Positions 7,917 through 17,007 of a stretch of 17,776 nt of DNA are shown piece by piece (position 1 is the stretch's first letter; the number at the start of each line of letters is the position of its first letter). The notes beneath the pieces were generated by a model. That model was not told the origin of the DNA. It saw nothing but the letters and a program-made list of their open reading frames with translations, and searched no databases. Both the position numbers and the translations under genes were made by a program. Source of the DNA: Oligoflexales bacterium (GTDB taxonomy: Bacteria > Bdellovibrionota_B > Oligoflexia > Oligoflexales > CAIYRB01); the NCBI GenBank assembly GCA_041736175.1, contig JBGSUI010000152.1:1-17776 (forward strand), given 5' to 3'.

Positions 7917-10493
7917 TTATCGCCCAAAAGTCTTTTTATAGGGTGGAGTTTTTTGAGTGGGATCATCAGGCCAAGAGTGCTTTGGGTAGCGAGCTTTTAA
8001 TTCTTTTTTAACCATCCCATAGCTGCTCTGCCAAAAGCCAGGGAGATCAGATGTCACTTGAGTGGGTCGCTGGTTAGGAGCTAGGAGGTGGATCACCACA
8101 GGCAGCTTTCCTTGGCAAACCGTAGGATGGATTTTTTGGCCAAAAAACTCTTGAATCTTAGCTTTGATCAAAGGAGGACCATCGTCGCCATAATGTATCT
8201 GGATTTTTTTTCCGCTGGCCAATAAAAACTGGTCTGGAAACATTCTCTGGAGAAGGTTTTGGTCTTCATCATCTAAAAGGCTCAGCACTGATGCCGTTAA
8301 ATCACATTTTAAGACATGGTCAAGGGTCGAGGCTCCCTCGACCAGGGATTGCTGCAAAATATCTAAATATTCACCCTCTAATTTAGGCATTTTATGAGGA
8401 ACTCCCAGTCTTTCAAGGGTCGCTAATTTCCAGTGATAGATTTTAAGAGGGAGGAGGTTATCAAACGACTTTTCCCATGAGTCTCTGAGACTCTGCAGAA
8501 TAACCTGGACCCCCTTTTCTTGTGTACCAATGTGAGTCAGATGTTTGGCGACAAGAACTTCCTGGTAATAGGTGGCCTCTATATTTGAGGGTCGTTGGTT
8601 TTTAGGGTCGACCATTGTTTCTCGGGTCTTTCGCAGCAAGCCAAAGGGATCCTGAAAGAGCCAGGATTCGTCAATAGCCGTCGCCCACAGGATCCTACCG
8701 CGACGCCCACCACTGTCTTGGCTCAAACTTTCCTGGGCCTCGAGAGCAACAATCCAGGGGTGATGATCAATCACCGAGGTATGATGGAGGACGCCCTCCT
8801 TGCCAAAACAAAAGTGATAGATAGCCTTTTTTTGTGCCTGATGGGTTGTCTCAATCACTCTTAGTTTTGCCACCCGATCCGCAAAGGCGCGAAAAACACA
8901 CCTTCTGATCAACTCTGCATTTGCTTGAGCAGCTAGCCCTACAGCACCACACCCAATCAGACTCCGCATGTCTTGATAGACGCGCATGATTTTTTGGGTT
9001 TTGAAACCATCAAACACCTGAAAACCGTCGCTTTTTTGCCGCAAAAATAAATTGACTAAATAAGTTATGTCACAAAAGGAACTCTCCTGAACGCGATACT
9101 CTTGATGAGTCACCATCCCTTCATTAAACAGACTAACCGCCAGCAGCATTGCTTCTGGAATACCAACCCGTAGACCTTCAATCACCATGCGTCCTAGTCG
9201 AGGGTGGAGAGGCCACTGGGCCATTTTTGCTCCATCAGGCGTCAGCTGGCCTTCTTTATCAAGTGCACCCAACGCTTTGAGGAGAGTTTCGCTAAACTCG
9301 ATTTGACTCGTTTTTGGCTCCTCAAACCAACGAAACTTATTTAAATCTATTTTACGGCCCATGGATTTGAGCTCGAGCACTGTCTGACAAAGGTCTGCGC
9401 GTCTGATTTCAGGTTCTGCAAACGGTGGCCTCGTGCGAAAATCGGACTCCGAAAAAAGCCTAAAGCATAGACCAGGTGCAGTACGACCTGCCCGACCAGA
9501 GCGCTGGATACAAGAGGCTTGGCTGATTTTTTGAACCTCTAAGGTCGGCAACCCGTTCCAGGCCGCAAATCCTGATTGTTTGGCATACCCACCATCGATC
9601 ACCCCCGTCACTCCGGGCAGAGTGATCGAGGTCTCAGCGACATTAGTCGCTAAAATAACCTTTTGTGTATTGGACTGAAAAAACGGTTCAACAAAATCCT
9701 GGGAGGTCTCCGCTGTCAATATAAGCACCTGGCCTAGGCCTTGGGCCCCCCTGAGCCTTTGTGCGACGGCTCGAATTTCAGCTGCTCCGTTGAGAAACAC
9801 CAAGATATGCCCAGGACAGCGCTGATCAACACTCATGTCCAATATCTTCTGGGCTATATGGGATTCCCAAAGACCGAAGACACCGCGATTTTTGGATGCC
9901 GATTCAAATGGATTGTGCGGAGGATGATATTCCACTTCGATGGGATAAGCCCTGCCCGGAATATCAAAGACTCTGGGGCGATCGAGATATCCCTCTAGTT
10001 CCTGGGTCTCTAGGGTCGCCGACATAACGATGAGTTTGAGTTCTCGACGTTGGCCCATGAGTCCCTTGACCAACGCTAATGCTAGATCTCCGTGTATATG
10101 ACGTTCATGAAATTCATCTAGGATCACCGCTGAAAACCCCGAAAGACTGGGGTCATCCATAAGACGACGGGTCAATAGCCCTTCCGTCACCACCAGAATC
10201 CGTGTTTTAGGTGACATCTTTGCTTCGAACCGGATCTGGTAGCCAACAGTTTGGCCGACCTCTTCACCTAGAGCCTTGGCCATCCAGGTCGCCGCAAGCT
10301 TTGCAGCAATCCTCCGAGGCTGCACCATGATGACGGTATGACCCTCCGCAAGCAACGCAAGGGGAACCCGTGTCGTCTTTCCTGCCCCAGGGCTGGCTTT
10401 GATAATCAGCGACGAAGCCCTCGCCAATTCTTGTCGAATTTCGGGAAGGTATTCCTCAATAGGAAAAACTAAGTTTGGCTTGGGGATTTCCAT
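7917..10493 (-). CDS. hrpB: ATP-dependent RNA helicase HrpB
   Basis: PGAGKTT, QPRRIAA, DEFHERH, MSATL, TNVAETSITLPGV, QRSGRAGR, HPRLGRM, and the HrpB C-terminus LLAPNQRP...YPKHSWPDDP. Confidence 0.93.
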   Translation of the reverse strand: MEIPKPNLVFPIEEYLPEIRQELARASSLIIKASPGAGKTTRVPLALLAEGHTVIMVQPRRIAAKLAATWMAKALGEEVGQTVGYQIRFEAKMSPKTRILVVTEGLLTRRLMDDPSLSGFSAVILDEFHERHIHGDLALALVKGLMGQRRELKLIVMSATLETQELEGYLDRPRVFDIPGRAYPIEVEYHPPHNPFESASKNRGVFGLWESHIAQKILDMSVDQRCPGHILVFLNGAAEIRAVAQRLRGAQGLGQVLILTAETSQDFVEPFFQSNTQKVILATNVAETSITLPGVTGVIDGGYAKQSGFAAWNGLPTLEVQKISQASCIQRSGRAGRTAPGLCFRLFSESDFRTRPPFAEPEIRRADLCQTVLELKSMGRKIDLNKFRWFEEPKTSQIEFSETLLKALGALDKEGQLTPDGAKMAQWPLHPRLGRMVIEGLRVGIPEAMLLAVSLFNEGMVTHQEYRVQESSFCDITYLVNLFLRQKSDGFQVFDGFKTQKIMRVYQDMRSLIGCGAVGLAAQANAELIRRCVFRAFADRVAKLRVIETTHQAQKKAIYHFCFGKEGVLHHTSVIDHHPWIVALEAQESLSQDSGGRRGRILWATAIDESWLFQDPFGLLRKTRETMVDPKNQRPSNIEATYYQEVLVAKHLTHIGTQEKGVQVILQSLRDSWEKSFDNLLPLKIYHWKLATLERLGVPHKMPKLEGEYLDILQQSLVEGASTLDHVLKCDLTASVLSLLDDEDQNLLQRMFPDQFLLASGKKIQIHYGDDGPPLIKAKIQEFFGQKIHPTVCQGKLPVVIHLLAPNQRPTQVTSDLPGFWQSSYGMVKKELKARYPKHSWPDDPTQKTPPYKKTFGR

Positions 10494-10598
10494 CAGTCAT
10501 AACCTTGAAGTCTAAGACCATTATGGCTTGTACACACAAAGGGTCTGATATCTCATTTTATTCTAATTATTCAAGGAAAATGGCTTCCATCGGCTATT

Positions 10599-11474
10599 TT
10601 AAAAGAAATTGGGAAGGCACTTGATAAAATAGTCGCCGAAAGTTCGAGCATTCTTAGTCAAATGTCGATTTCGCTTGGAAAACATGATCAGCGGATAGTG
10701 AAAGCTCTTGTTGTGGTAGAGCTGGACTAATTCTCCCCTCTGGATAGACTGTTTGACCATAAAGGTCGGCAGAAGCGATACTCCGAGTCCCATTTTTACC
10801 ATCTGCTTTTGACAGTCGAGATTGTTGGCCGAAATCGTCACCTTTACGGGTATTTTATTGCGTTGCAGCATTTCCAGTACAGGAAAGGGCCGACGTTTAG
10901 GGTAGTCTTTATCTCTCGAAATGATAAAAGACTGCCGAACCACCGGGTCTGAATATTTTTCTTTAGCGACGACCACCACAAAGGGAACTATCCCCAAACT
11001 GGAAAATTCAAAATCCGCACTTTCAGGTTTGGTGAAACAGATCCCAAATTCAATCCGACCTTGGGCAATTTCGTTGCTTATGAGGTTTGATGCTCCAGAA
11101 AAAACCTCGGGCTGAACCTTTGGATGGACATGTAAAAATCCCTTTAAGATCTTAGGAAGGATATAATGACACACCGAGTCGGTCAGACCAAAGGCAAAGG
11201 GACCATAACAATCGGTTTGTTCCAGGTCTGAGATCGCCTCTATCTTTTCTATAATTTCAAATATTTCTCGGCATTTCTCAAAAATCAACTCTCCTGATTT
11301 TGTGAGCTTTAACTTTTTTGCGTCCCGTTCAATCAAAATAATCCCAAGGCGATTCTCGAGTTGTTTCACCATTTTTGAGATCGTAGGCTGTTGGATTCGC
11401 AAAATATGAGCAGCCCTGGTGAAACTAAGTTCACTGGCGACTGTATGAAAATATTTTAAATAATTTAATTCCAA
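10599..11474 (-). CDS. LysR-family transcriptional regulator (291 aa)
   Basis: Start moved to TTG 11474, giving MELNYLKYF...SFTRAA...QPTISKMVKQLE (LysR HTH) and a typical LTTR length; divergent from the 11786 operon. Confidence 0.9.
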   Translation of the reverse strand: MELNYLKYFHTVASELSFTRAAHILRIQQPTISKMVKQLENRLGIILIERDAKKLKLTKSGELIFEKCREIFEIIEKIEAISDLEQTDCYGPFAFGLTDSVCHYILPKILKGFLHVHPKVQPEVFSGASNLISNEIAQGRIEFGICFTKPESADFEFSSLGIVPFVVVVAKEKYSDPVVRQSFIISRDKDYPKRRPFPVLEMLQRNKIPVKVTISANNLDCQKQMVKMGLGVSLLPTFMVKQSIQRGELVQLYHNKSFHYPLIMFSKRNRHLTKNARTFGDYFIKCLPNFF

Positions 11475-11666
11475 AATTTCTATCTCTCTAGCCACGAGAC
11501 ATACTCGTTTCTTACTTGTCACAAAGACTAGTAATTTCATCCCCAAATGTCCACCTTTTTCATTAGTCAAAAATGCATTTAAAGTCCATGGCACCCATAA
11601 ATATAAATATATTGCCAATGTCTCATAAAAATAATCAGAATAACTCGTAAATTTTCTTATTTTTCC

Positions 11667-11687
11667 ACTATTCATTCTATGAATAGT
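11667..11687. promoter_or_regulatory. Perfect palindrome, probable LysR recognition site
   Basis: actattcat-tct-atgaatagt; contains ATTC-N7-GAAT, i.e. T-N11-A (T11671/A11683); ~100 nt upstream of the HAD gene in the divergent intergenic region. Confidence 0.7.
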
Positions 11688-11785
11688 CGTGATTGAAAAT
11701 ATGTATTTTTCTTTTTTGTATATGTAGTTCAGAATGGTCCGAGACAAAATGATATAAACATTATTTTAAATACATAGGACATAAC

Positions 11786-12631
11786 ATGATCAATCTTGTT
11801 TCAAATTTCAGCAAACGTTACCTTTTAGCCAGTGATTTCGACCAAACCCTAAGTTTCAATGACTCGGGAGAAATCCTCGCAGAGAGCCTCGGAATTAACA
11901 ACTATATGCAGCGGGTTCACAACCTATCCTCTCTAAACTTAGTCCAGCAAGGTGGAGAGCTGGCCTATCTGCTCCTTCATGACCCTGATTTTCGCCAAGT
12001 CCGTGCGGAAAATCTCCTTGATGTTGGACGCAGAGTTCGCTTAAAACCAAATATCGCCTTGCTCTACGAAATCTTAACTTCGGGTATACAAAGCATCGAT
12101 TTCGATTTTTTTGTTATTTCGGCAGCACCGGAAGAAGTGATTATTTCTGCACTAGATGGAATCGTTCCGAAAGAAAACATTTTTGGAACAAGATTTTCTT
12201 ACCACAAAACCGACGGTTCAATTCAAGGGATCGAACGGGTTGCTGCTGGCTACGGAAAAGTCGCCGTCTTAAACCAAATCAGAGCCGAGAAACAAATCCC
12301 CCAAAGCCAGGTCGTGTATGTAGGAGATGGGAGCTCTGATATACATGTCATGCTTGACGTCAATCATAGGAGGGGCCTAACTATCGCCGTCTCCGAGTCC
12401 CAAAAAATCGCCGACATCGCCAATCGAACCGTTCTCTGTGACGATGCATTATGCATTCTTATCCCCATTTTAGAAGAAGTCTTGCAAATGAATTCACTGC
12501 AGCTTATGGATTTTTTAGCCACTAAAGGCCTAGCTTTACAGGATTGGACCCAAGGCAGGACCGACCGAATGACCTTTCAAAACAGCGTCTATTCTGGAGT
12601 AACTTCGACCTCTATGGAAGAGCGTGCATAA
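11786..12631 (+). CDS. HAD-superfamily phosphatase (IB-like)
   Basis: Motif I SDFDQT, motif II ISAA, motif III GK, motif IV GDGSSD; AGGA RBS. Confidence 0.88.
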   Translation: MINLVSNFSKRYLLASDFDQTLSFNDSGEILAESLGINNYMQRVHNLSSLNLVQQGGELAYLLLHDPDFRQVRAENLLDVGRRVRLKPNIALLYEILTSGIQSIDFDFFVISAAPEEVIISALDGIVPKENIFGTRFSYHKTDGSIQGIERVAAGYGKVAVLNQIRAEKQIPQSQVVYVGDGSSDIHVMLDVNHRRGLTIAVSESQKIADIANRTVLCDDALCILIPILEEVLQMNSLQLMDFLATKGLALQDWTQGRTDRMTFQNSVYSGVTSTSMEERA

Positions 12632-12673
12632 AAATAGTTATTAAATATCACTTTATGGTTTTGGAGAGTCTAG

Positions 12674-13678
12674 ATGTTCGTCGTAGAATCTTACGGTTTA
12701 GCGGTGGTTCTTAATTTTATAACAATGATATGTTGGGGCTCATGGGCAAATAGCAAGAAAATGCTCAGCGCAGACTGGCCATTTGACAACTTTTACTGGG
12801 ATTATGTTTTAGGGGTTTTTCTACTGGCTACGACCTTAGGCGTCACATTGGGAAGCCACGGTATGGTTGGCCGGTCTTTTTTCGTCGACTTAGCCCAAGT
12901 CGCTCCAAATTCTGTTGGGTTGGCACTCTTAGGGGGTATCATATTCAACCTGGCCAATATCATGGTGGTTGGTGCTATTGAACTGGCTGGTATGGCTATT
13001 GTCTTTCCGATTGCCATTGGGATCGCGCTCGTTTTAGGGGTTGCTATCAACTATTTTGCGGTCCCCTCGGGTGATCCCTGGTCACTAGGAGGCGGAGTCC
13101 TTTGTGTCGTAGCGGCGATCATCTTTGATGGGTTGGCCTACCGTAAGATTCAAATCAAAAAGACCGTTGAGGACTCAAAAAAAGCCCTTTTATTGGCGAT
13201 TTTTGGCGGTATCCTCCTAGGATTTTTTTATCGTTTCGTAGCAGCATCTATGTCTTTGGATTTTGTTGATCTCGAAAAGGGAAAGCTCGGACCTTATGGT
13301 GCCTTTTTTGTATTTTCCGTAGGGATGATCCTTTCGAATCCTTTTTGGCAGAAGCTCCATAAAATGTGGCATATCCCCGATGCAAAGACACCACCTGAGC
13401 CCTATTTCTCACGTGGTTCTGGGATATTGCATAGCATCGGTATCGGTGGTGGCCTGATCTGGGGGCTAGGTATGGGCTTTAGTATCATAGCATCAGGTAA
13501 AGCTGGGTATGCGGTTTCCTATGGTCTGGGTGAAGGCGCTACGATGGTGGCAGCCCTATGGGGAATTTTTGTTTGGAAGGAGTTCCACGGAGCTCCACGA
13601 GGCACATCTGGCCTGTTGGTTTTGATGCTTAGTTTTTTTGTCGTGGGTTTAGGACTCATCGTAGTCTCCAAAATATAA
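12674..13678 (+). CDS. DMT-superfamily transporter, ureide-permease / GRP sugar-transporter-like
   Basis: About 10 TM helices; TMICWGSWAN, FYWDY, SYGLGEGATMVAALWGIFVWKEF signatures; GGAG RBS. Confidence 0.85.
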   Translation: MFVVESYGLAVVLNFITMICWGSWANSKKMLSADWPFDNFYWDYVLGVFLLATTLGVTLGSHGMVGRSFFVDLAQVAPNSVGLALLGGIIFNLANIMVVGAIELAGMAIVFPIAIGIALVLGVAINYFAVPSGDPWSLGGGVLCVVAAIIFDGLAYRKIQIKKTVEDSKKALLLAIFGGILLGFFYRFVAASMSLDFVDLEKGKLGPYGAFFVFSVGMILSNPFWQKLHKMWHIPDAKTPPEPYFSRGSGILHSIGIGGGLIWGLGMGFSIIASGKAGYAVSYGLGEGATMVAALWGIFVWKEFHGAPRGTSGLLVLMLSFFVVGLGLIVVSKI

Positions 13679-13693
13679 AAAAAGGGTAATCCA

Positions 13694-14635
13694 ATGAAGA
13701 ATGGAATGCAGTACGCGATTCACGCTTATGCTTGGACTGGTAACTGGACGTATAAAAGCCTAGAACTTATCAATCGGGCTAAACATCTTGGATTTGACTG
13801 TATAGAGATCCCGCTTATGGATCTCAAAGAAGTCGATCCTAAGGCCATAGCTCGCCGCCTTAAAGAGCTTGATCTTCAAGTTTGCACTTCTACGGCCTGT
13901 GCCGAAGATACAGATCCTACAAGCGACGATAAAATGGTGCGAGAGGCTGCTGTCAGATATTTAAAATCATGTGTTGATGCAACCGCCGCTATGGGCGCTG
14001 GTATCTTTACGGGGGTAACCTACGCAGCGATCGGACGGCGCTTAAATCAGCCACCCACAAGCCAACACTGGGCCCGAGCTGCAGAATGTTTAAAGGAAGT
14101 GGCCTCTTATGCAAGACAATACGACATGCTTATCGGGATCGAGCCGGTCAATCGTTACGAAACTTTTTTAGTCAACACCGCTGACCAAGCTCTGCAACTT
14201 AAGCAGTTAATCGACGAACCTAATATTCGGGTTCACCTCGATGCGTATCATATGAATATCGAAGAGCAGGATTTTGCCGAAGCTACAAAAGCAGCGCGGT
14301 CTAGTCTCTGTCACTTCCACCTGAGCGAAAGCCATCGTGGGACTGTCGGTACCGGTATGGTCCCTTGGCAGCAGATCATGGAGACCCTTGTCGAGACCGA
14401 TTACCGCGGACTCGTCGGTATGGAAAGTTTTGGCGAAATATCACAAGCTATGAGCGCCGCTACCTGTATTTGGCGGACGCTGGTCAATGATACCGACGAG
14501 AGTTTGAGGATTGGCCTCCGCTATCTGCGGCAGCTAGAATCCCAACTACGTTCCGAAAACCAACAGAAGAAGCTGGGACGAGGCCCGTCCGAATTCCCTC
14601 AAGATCTTGAAAAATCACATTTTCAAACAATCTAA
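13694..14635 (+). CDS. Ketose 3-epimerase family (D-psicose/D-tagatose/L-ribulose 3-epimerase-like TIM barrel)
   Basis: GFDCIEIP, EPVNRYE, HLDAYHMNIEE, HFHLSESHRG..G.G, GMESF, IWR; metal-ligand set E/D/H/E intact. Confidence 0.88.
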   Translation: MKNGMQYAIHAYAWTGNWTYKSLELINRAKHLGFDCIEIPLMDLKEVDPKAIARRLKELDLQVCTSTACAEDTDPTSDDKMVREAAVRYLKSCVDATAAMGAGIFTGVTYAAIGRRLNQPPTSQHWARAAECLKEVASYARQYDMLIGIEPVNRYETFLVNTADQALQLKQLIDEPNIRVHLDAYHMNIEEQDFAEATKAARSSLCHFHLSESHRGTVGTGMVPWQQIMETLVETDYRGLVGMESFGEISQAMSAATCIWRTLVNDTDESLRIGLRYLRQLESQLRSENQQKKLGRGPSEFPQDLEKSHFQTI

Positions 14636-14649
14636 GACCGCAGCTTTTT

Positions 14650-14665
14650 AATGTTTGTAAACATT
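14650..14665. promoter_or_regulatory. Palindrome, possible transcription-factor site
   Basis: aatgttt-gt-aaacatt. Confidence 0.35.
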
Positions 14666-14682
14666 GCGATTTTTTACTATCT

Positions 14683-14716
14683 AAGAGCCCTGATTCCAGT
14701 CGGAACCAGGGCTCTT
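14683..14716. terminator. Strong hairpin between the epimerase and Omp85 genes (terminator or mRNA-stabilising stem)
   Basis: aagagccctg-a-ttcc-agtc-ggaa-c-cagggctctt; 14 pairs, no clear U-tract. Confidence 0.55.
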
Positions 14717-14745
14717 GAGTAACACCGCACCCTTAGGATTGATTG

Positions 14746-15870
14746 ATGACTTCCTCGGTTTTTGCTGTCTTTTTTTGCTGGCTTAGCCTTCAGGCCATGG
14801 CTCAGGAAATCCAGCCTCCCTTCGACGTGCAAGGCGGAGGTGGGTACGCCCAATCAAAAGACCGCGATGCCAATGAAAAGCCAAGTGAATGGGGTGGGGT
14901 GCCTGCAGTTTTTAGAACTCCTGAAACCGGTCTCGGGATCGGCGGAGTCATAATCTTCGTCCCTTCCGGAACCACAAAAAAAGTCTCCTCTCTTCTTGGT
15001 GGGGCCGTGATCACTGATAGGAATCAGATTTTTTCAGCGGTTTATGGCGAAAAATATTTCCTAGGTGACCAGTGGGTGGGCGAACTCTACAGCTCCTTCC
15101 AGGAATACCCCGATCTTTTTTACGGCATCGGGGCACACACGAGGCTGGAAGATGGGGAATCCTATACCTGGAAACAGCGGCAAATTGCCTCCAGCATGCG
15201 CTACCTTTTTACCGATGATTTTAGAGCTGGTCTCAATGCAGTCATCTCGGATGATAATTTTACCGATCTTAAGGATACAGGACTCCTTAAGACGGCCAGT
15301 AGGGGAGTGGAGGGCGGGCGAAGCCTCGGACTCGGTGGGAGCATGCGCTGGGACACAACGGACGATGCCTACAGCCCAGGGTCCGGTGAAGTAGTCAACA
15401 TCCTCTATATGGACTACGCGCGCCGCCTATCGGGCGAATACGGTTTTCGCAGTCTAGAGGTCAACCTCAAAAAGTATTGGACCATTGCATCCAAAGATCA
15501 TCTGGCTGCCCAAATCTACCTCCTCCATAATATGGGTCAAACACCTTTTTATCTACTCGCTAAACTTGGCGGCAAAAATCTCCTCCGGGGATATTTCTTG
15601 GGCCGTTACCGCGACCAATCCATGCTGGTCAGTCAACTAGAATACCGCCGTCACTTTTGGGGTCCTTGGGCCGGCGTCGCGTTTGCGGGAGTTGGAAATG
15701 TAGGCCCCACCCTTAGCCAACTGGTCGACGAAACACCTAAGCCATCGGTAGGTTTTGGGGGACGATATAAACTTGTCCAGCGACAGAATATCAATGTGCG
15801 CCTCGACTGTGCTTTTGCGCCTAAAGAGGCCAATCCAAGCATCTATCTTTACATTCTTGAGGCTTTTTGA
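14746..15870 (+). CDS. Omp85 (BamA/TamA-like) outer-membrane beta-barrel lacking POTRA domains
   Basis: Signal peptide; TPETGLGIG, RWDTTD...PGSG, LGG.NLLRGY..GRYRD loop-6 motif, GFGGRY, C-terminal EAF beta-signal; AGGA RBS favours ATG 14746. Confidence 0.85.
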   Translation: MTSSVFAVFFCWLSLQAMAQEIQPPFDVQGGGGYAQSKDRDANEKPSEWGGVPAVFRTPETGLGIGGVIIFVPSGTTKKVSSLLGGAVITDRNQIFSAVYGEKYFLGDQWVGELYSSFQEYPDLFYGIGAHTRLEDGESYTWKQRQIASSMRYLFTDDFRAGLNAVISDDNFTDLKDTGLLKTASRGVEGGRSLGLGGSMRWDTTDDAYSPGSGEVVNILYMDYARRLSGEYGFRSLEVNLKKYWTIASKDHLAAQIYLLHNMGQTPFYLLAKLGGKNLLRGYFLGRYRDQSMLVSQLEYRRHFWGPWAGVAFAGVGNVGPTLSQLVDETPKPSVGFGGRYKLVQRQNINVRLDCAFAPKEANPSIYLYILEAF

Positions 15871-15886
15871 TGACCGGGATTTACGG

Positions 15887-16471
15887 ATGACTGACCAAGA
15901 AACCCTACAGGTCGAGCGACTCATCAAACTCTTCGACGGGACTTTTAAAGAGACCTACCAAACGATCTTAGTCAGAGGCCCCCAGGAGCCTCTATACCTA
16001 CCCCAGTCTCCTGACCATCCATGGAGTCAGGTTGTATTTGCCCACGGATTTTTTGCCAGCGCCCTCCATGAGATCGCCCATTGGTGTCTGGCCGGCTCTG
16101 AGCGGAGGAAACAACTGGATTATGGATACTGGTATCAGCCCACACGTAGTCCCCAAGAACAAGAAGCTTTTTACCAAGTAGAAATCAAACCGCAAGCCTT
16201 GGAATGGGTCTTTTCCCTTGCTGCAGGACGTCGGTTTTTCCTCAGCGCCGACAATCTCCAGCCAGGAGGAGCGGAACCCGTAGCTGCTTGGTATGAGTTT
16301 AGAAGCCGCGTGCGGATCCAAACCCACACATACCTCACTGGACCTCTGCCCGATCGAGCCGAGACTTTTGCTAGCAATCTATTTAAGGAGTTTTATCCTG
16401 GATCGGAAAAAGCAGAGGTCTCTCAATGGAGATCTAAAGCACTGGATGATTATAATCGATGGGATGACTAG
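15887..16471 (+). CDS. epmC: Elongation factor P hydroxylase (YfcM/EpmC family)
   Basis: EPLYLP, FAHGFFASALHEIAHW, GYWY, VEIKPQALEW, SADNL, P.RA..F; start moved to ATG 15887, just after the Omp85 stop. Confidence 0.88.
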   Translation: MTDQETLQVERLIKLFDGTFKETYQTILVRGPQEPLYLPQSPDHPWSQVVFAHGFFASALHEIAHWCLAGSERRKQLDYGYWYQPTRSPQEQEAFYQVEIKPQALEWVFSLAAGRRFFLSADNLQPGGAEPVAAWYEFRSRVRIQTHTYLTGPLPDRAETFASNLFKEFYPGSEKAEVSQWRSKALDDYNRWDD

Positions 16472-16516
16472 ACCATAGCGCTTAAATTGTGGTTACTCTT
16501 TGGCCGCGATTGTCTC

Positions 16517-16542
16517 TGATAGTGACTGCGTACTCACTATCA
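16517..16542. terminator. 9-bp perfect hairpin overlapping the HEPN stop, between convergent genes
   Basis: tgatagtga-ctgcgtac-tcactatca; no U-tract. Confidence 0.45.
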
Positions 16543-17007
16543 AATTGACTTAAAAAATTGCCGATTATTGCAGTATGCCCTGGCATGAGACAGCATCTCT
16601 TCGATTAACGGTTCATAATTTAGAACTTCGACAACCACCCGATCAGTTTCGTCGAGGATATACTCATGAACAATTTGATTGCGCAAATCCTTCAGTAATC
16701 CATAGTTGACATCGTCCCGCAAGACATGCCGCTTTTTAAAGCGATTGATGCGATCCAATACGCTTCCATCGTCTGTCAATTCAATGCGATCGATGGTGCG
16801 AAACAGTTTTTGTGTCATAAAATCTAGGGCTCGACCATACCTCGAGGTCAGTGCCTCAAAGGTCTCACGCTCGTCATCTGACAGTTGACGAATCTTTGCA
16901 TCCACAAGCAACCTTCGGGCCTTTGCTGCACTTTTTGCAAAGACCTCCACGGCCCGCGTAGCCAAGTTTAAATCGGACTCAAGCTGAGTCACAAGAGGAT
17001 TTACCAC
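16540..17007 (-). CDS. HEPN-domain RNase toxin (HepT-like)
   Basis: R-x4-H-x-Y motif RNQIVHEY; start moved to GTG 17007 (GGAG 5 nt upstream); overlaps the MNT gene end. Confidence 0.82.
   Translation of the reverse strand: MVNPLVTQLESDLNLATRAVEVFAKSAAKARRLLVDAKIRQLSDDERETFEALTSRYGRALDFMTQKLFRTIDRIELTDDGSVLDRINRFKKRHVLRDDVNYGLLKDLRNQIVHEYILDETDRVVVEVLNYEPLIEEMLSHARAYCNNRQFFKSI

Noticed and set aside
10577..10600. Terminator after LysR, or a GCCGAT sigma28 box for hrpB
   Set aside because: The stem is weak and mismatched on the coding strand, and there is no properly spaced -35
11475..11747. 91-aa N-terminal extension of LysR in the ORF track
   Set aside because: It spans the AT-rich divergent promoter and operator; LysR HTH domains begin at the N-terminus, so TTG 11474 fits better
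15755..15886. N-terminal extension of EpmC
   Set aside because: It overlaps the Omp85 gene; family similarity begins after ATG 15887
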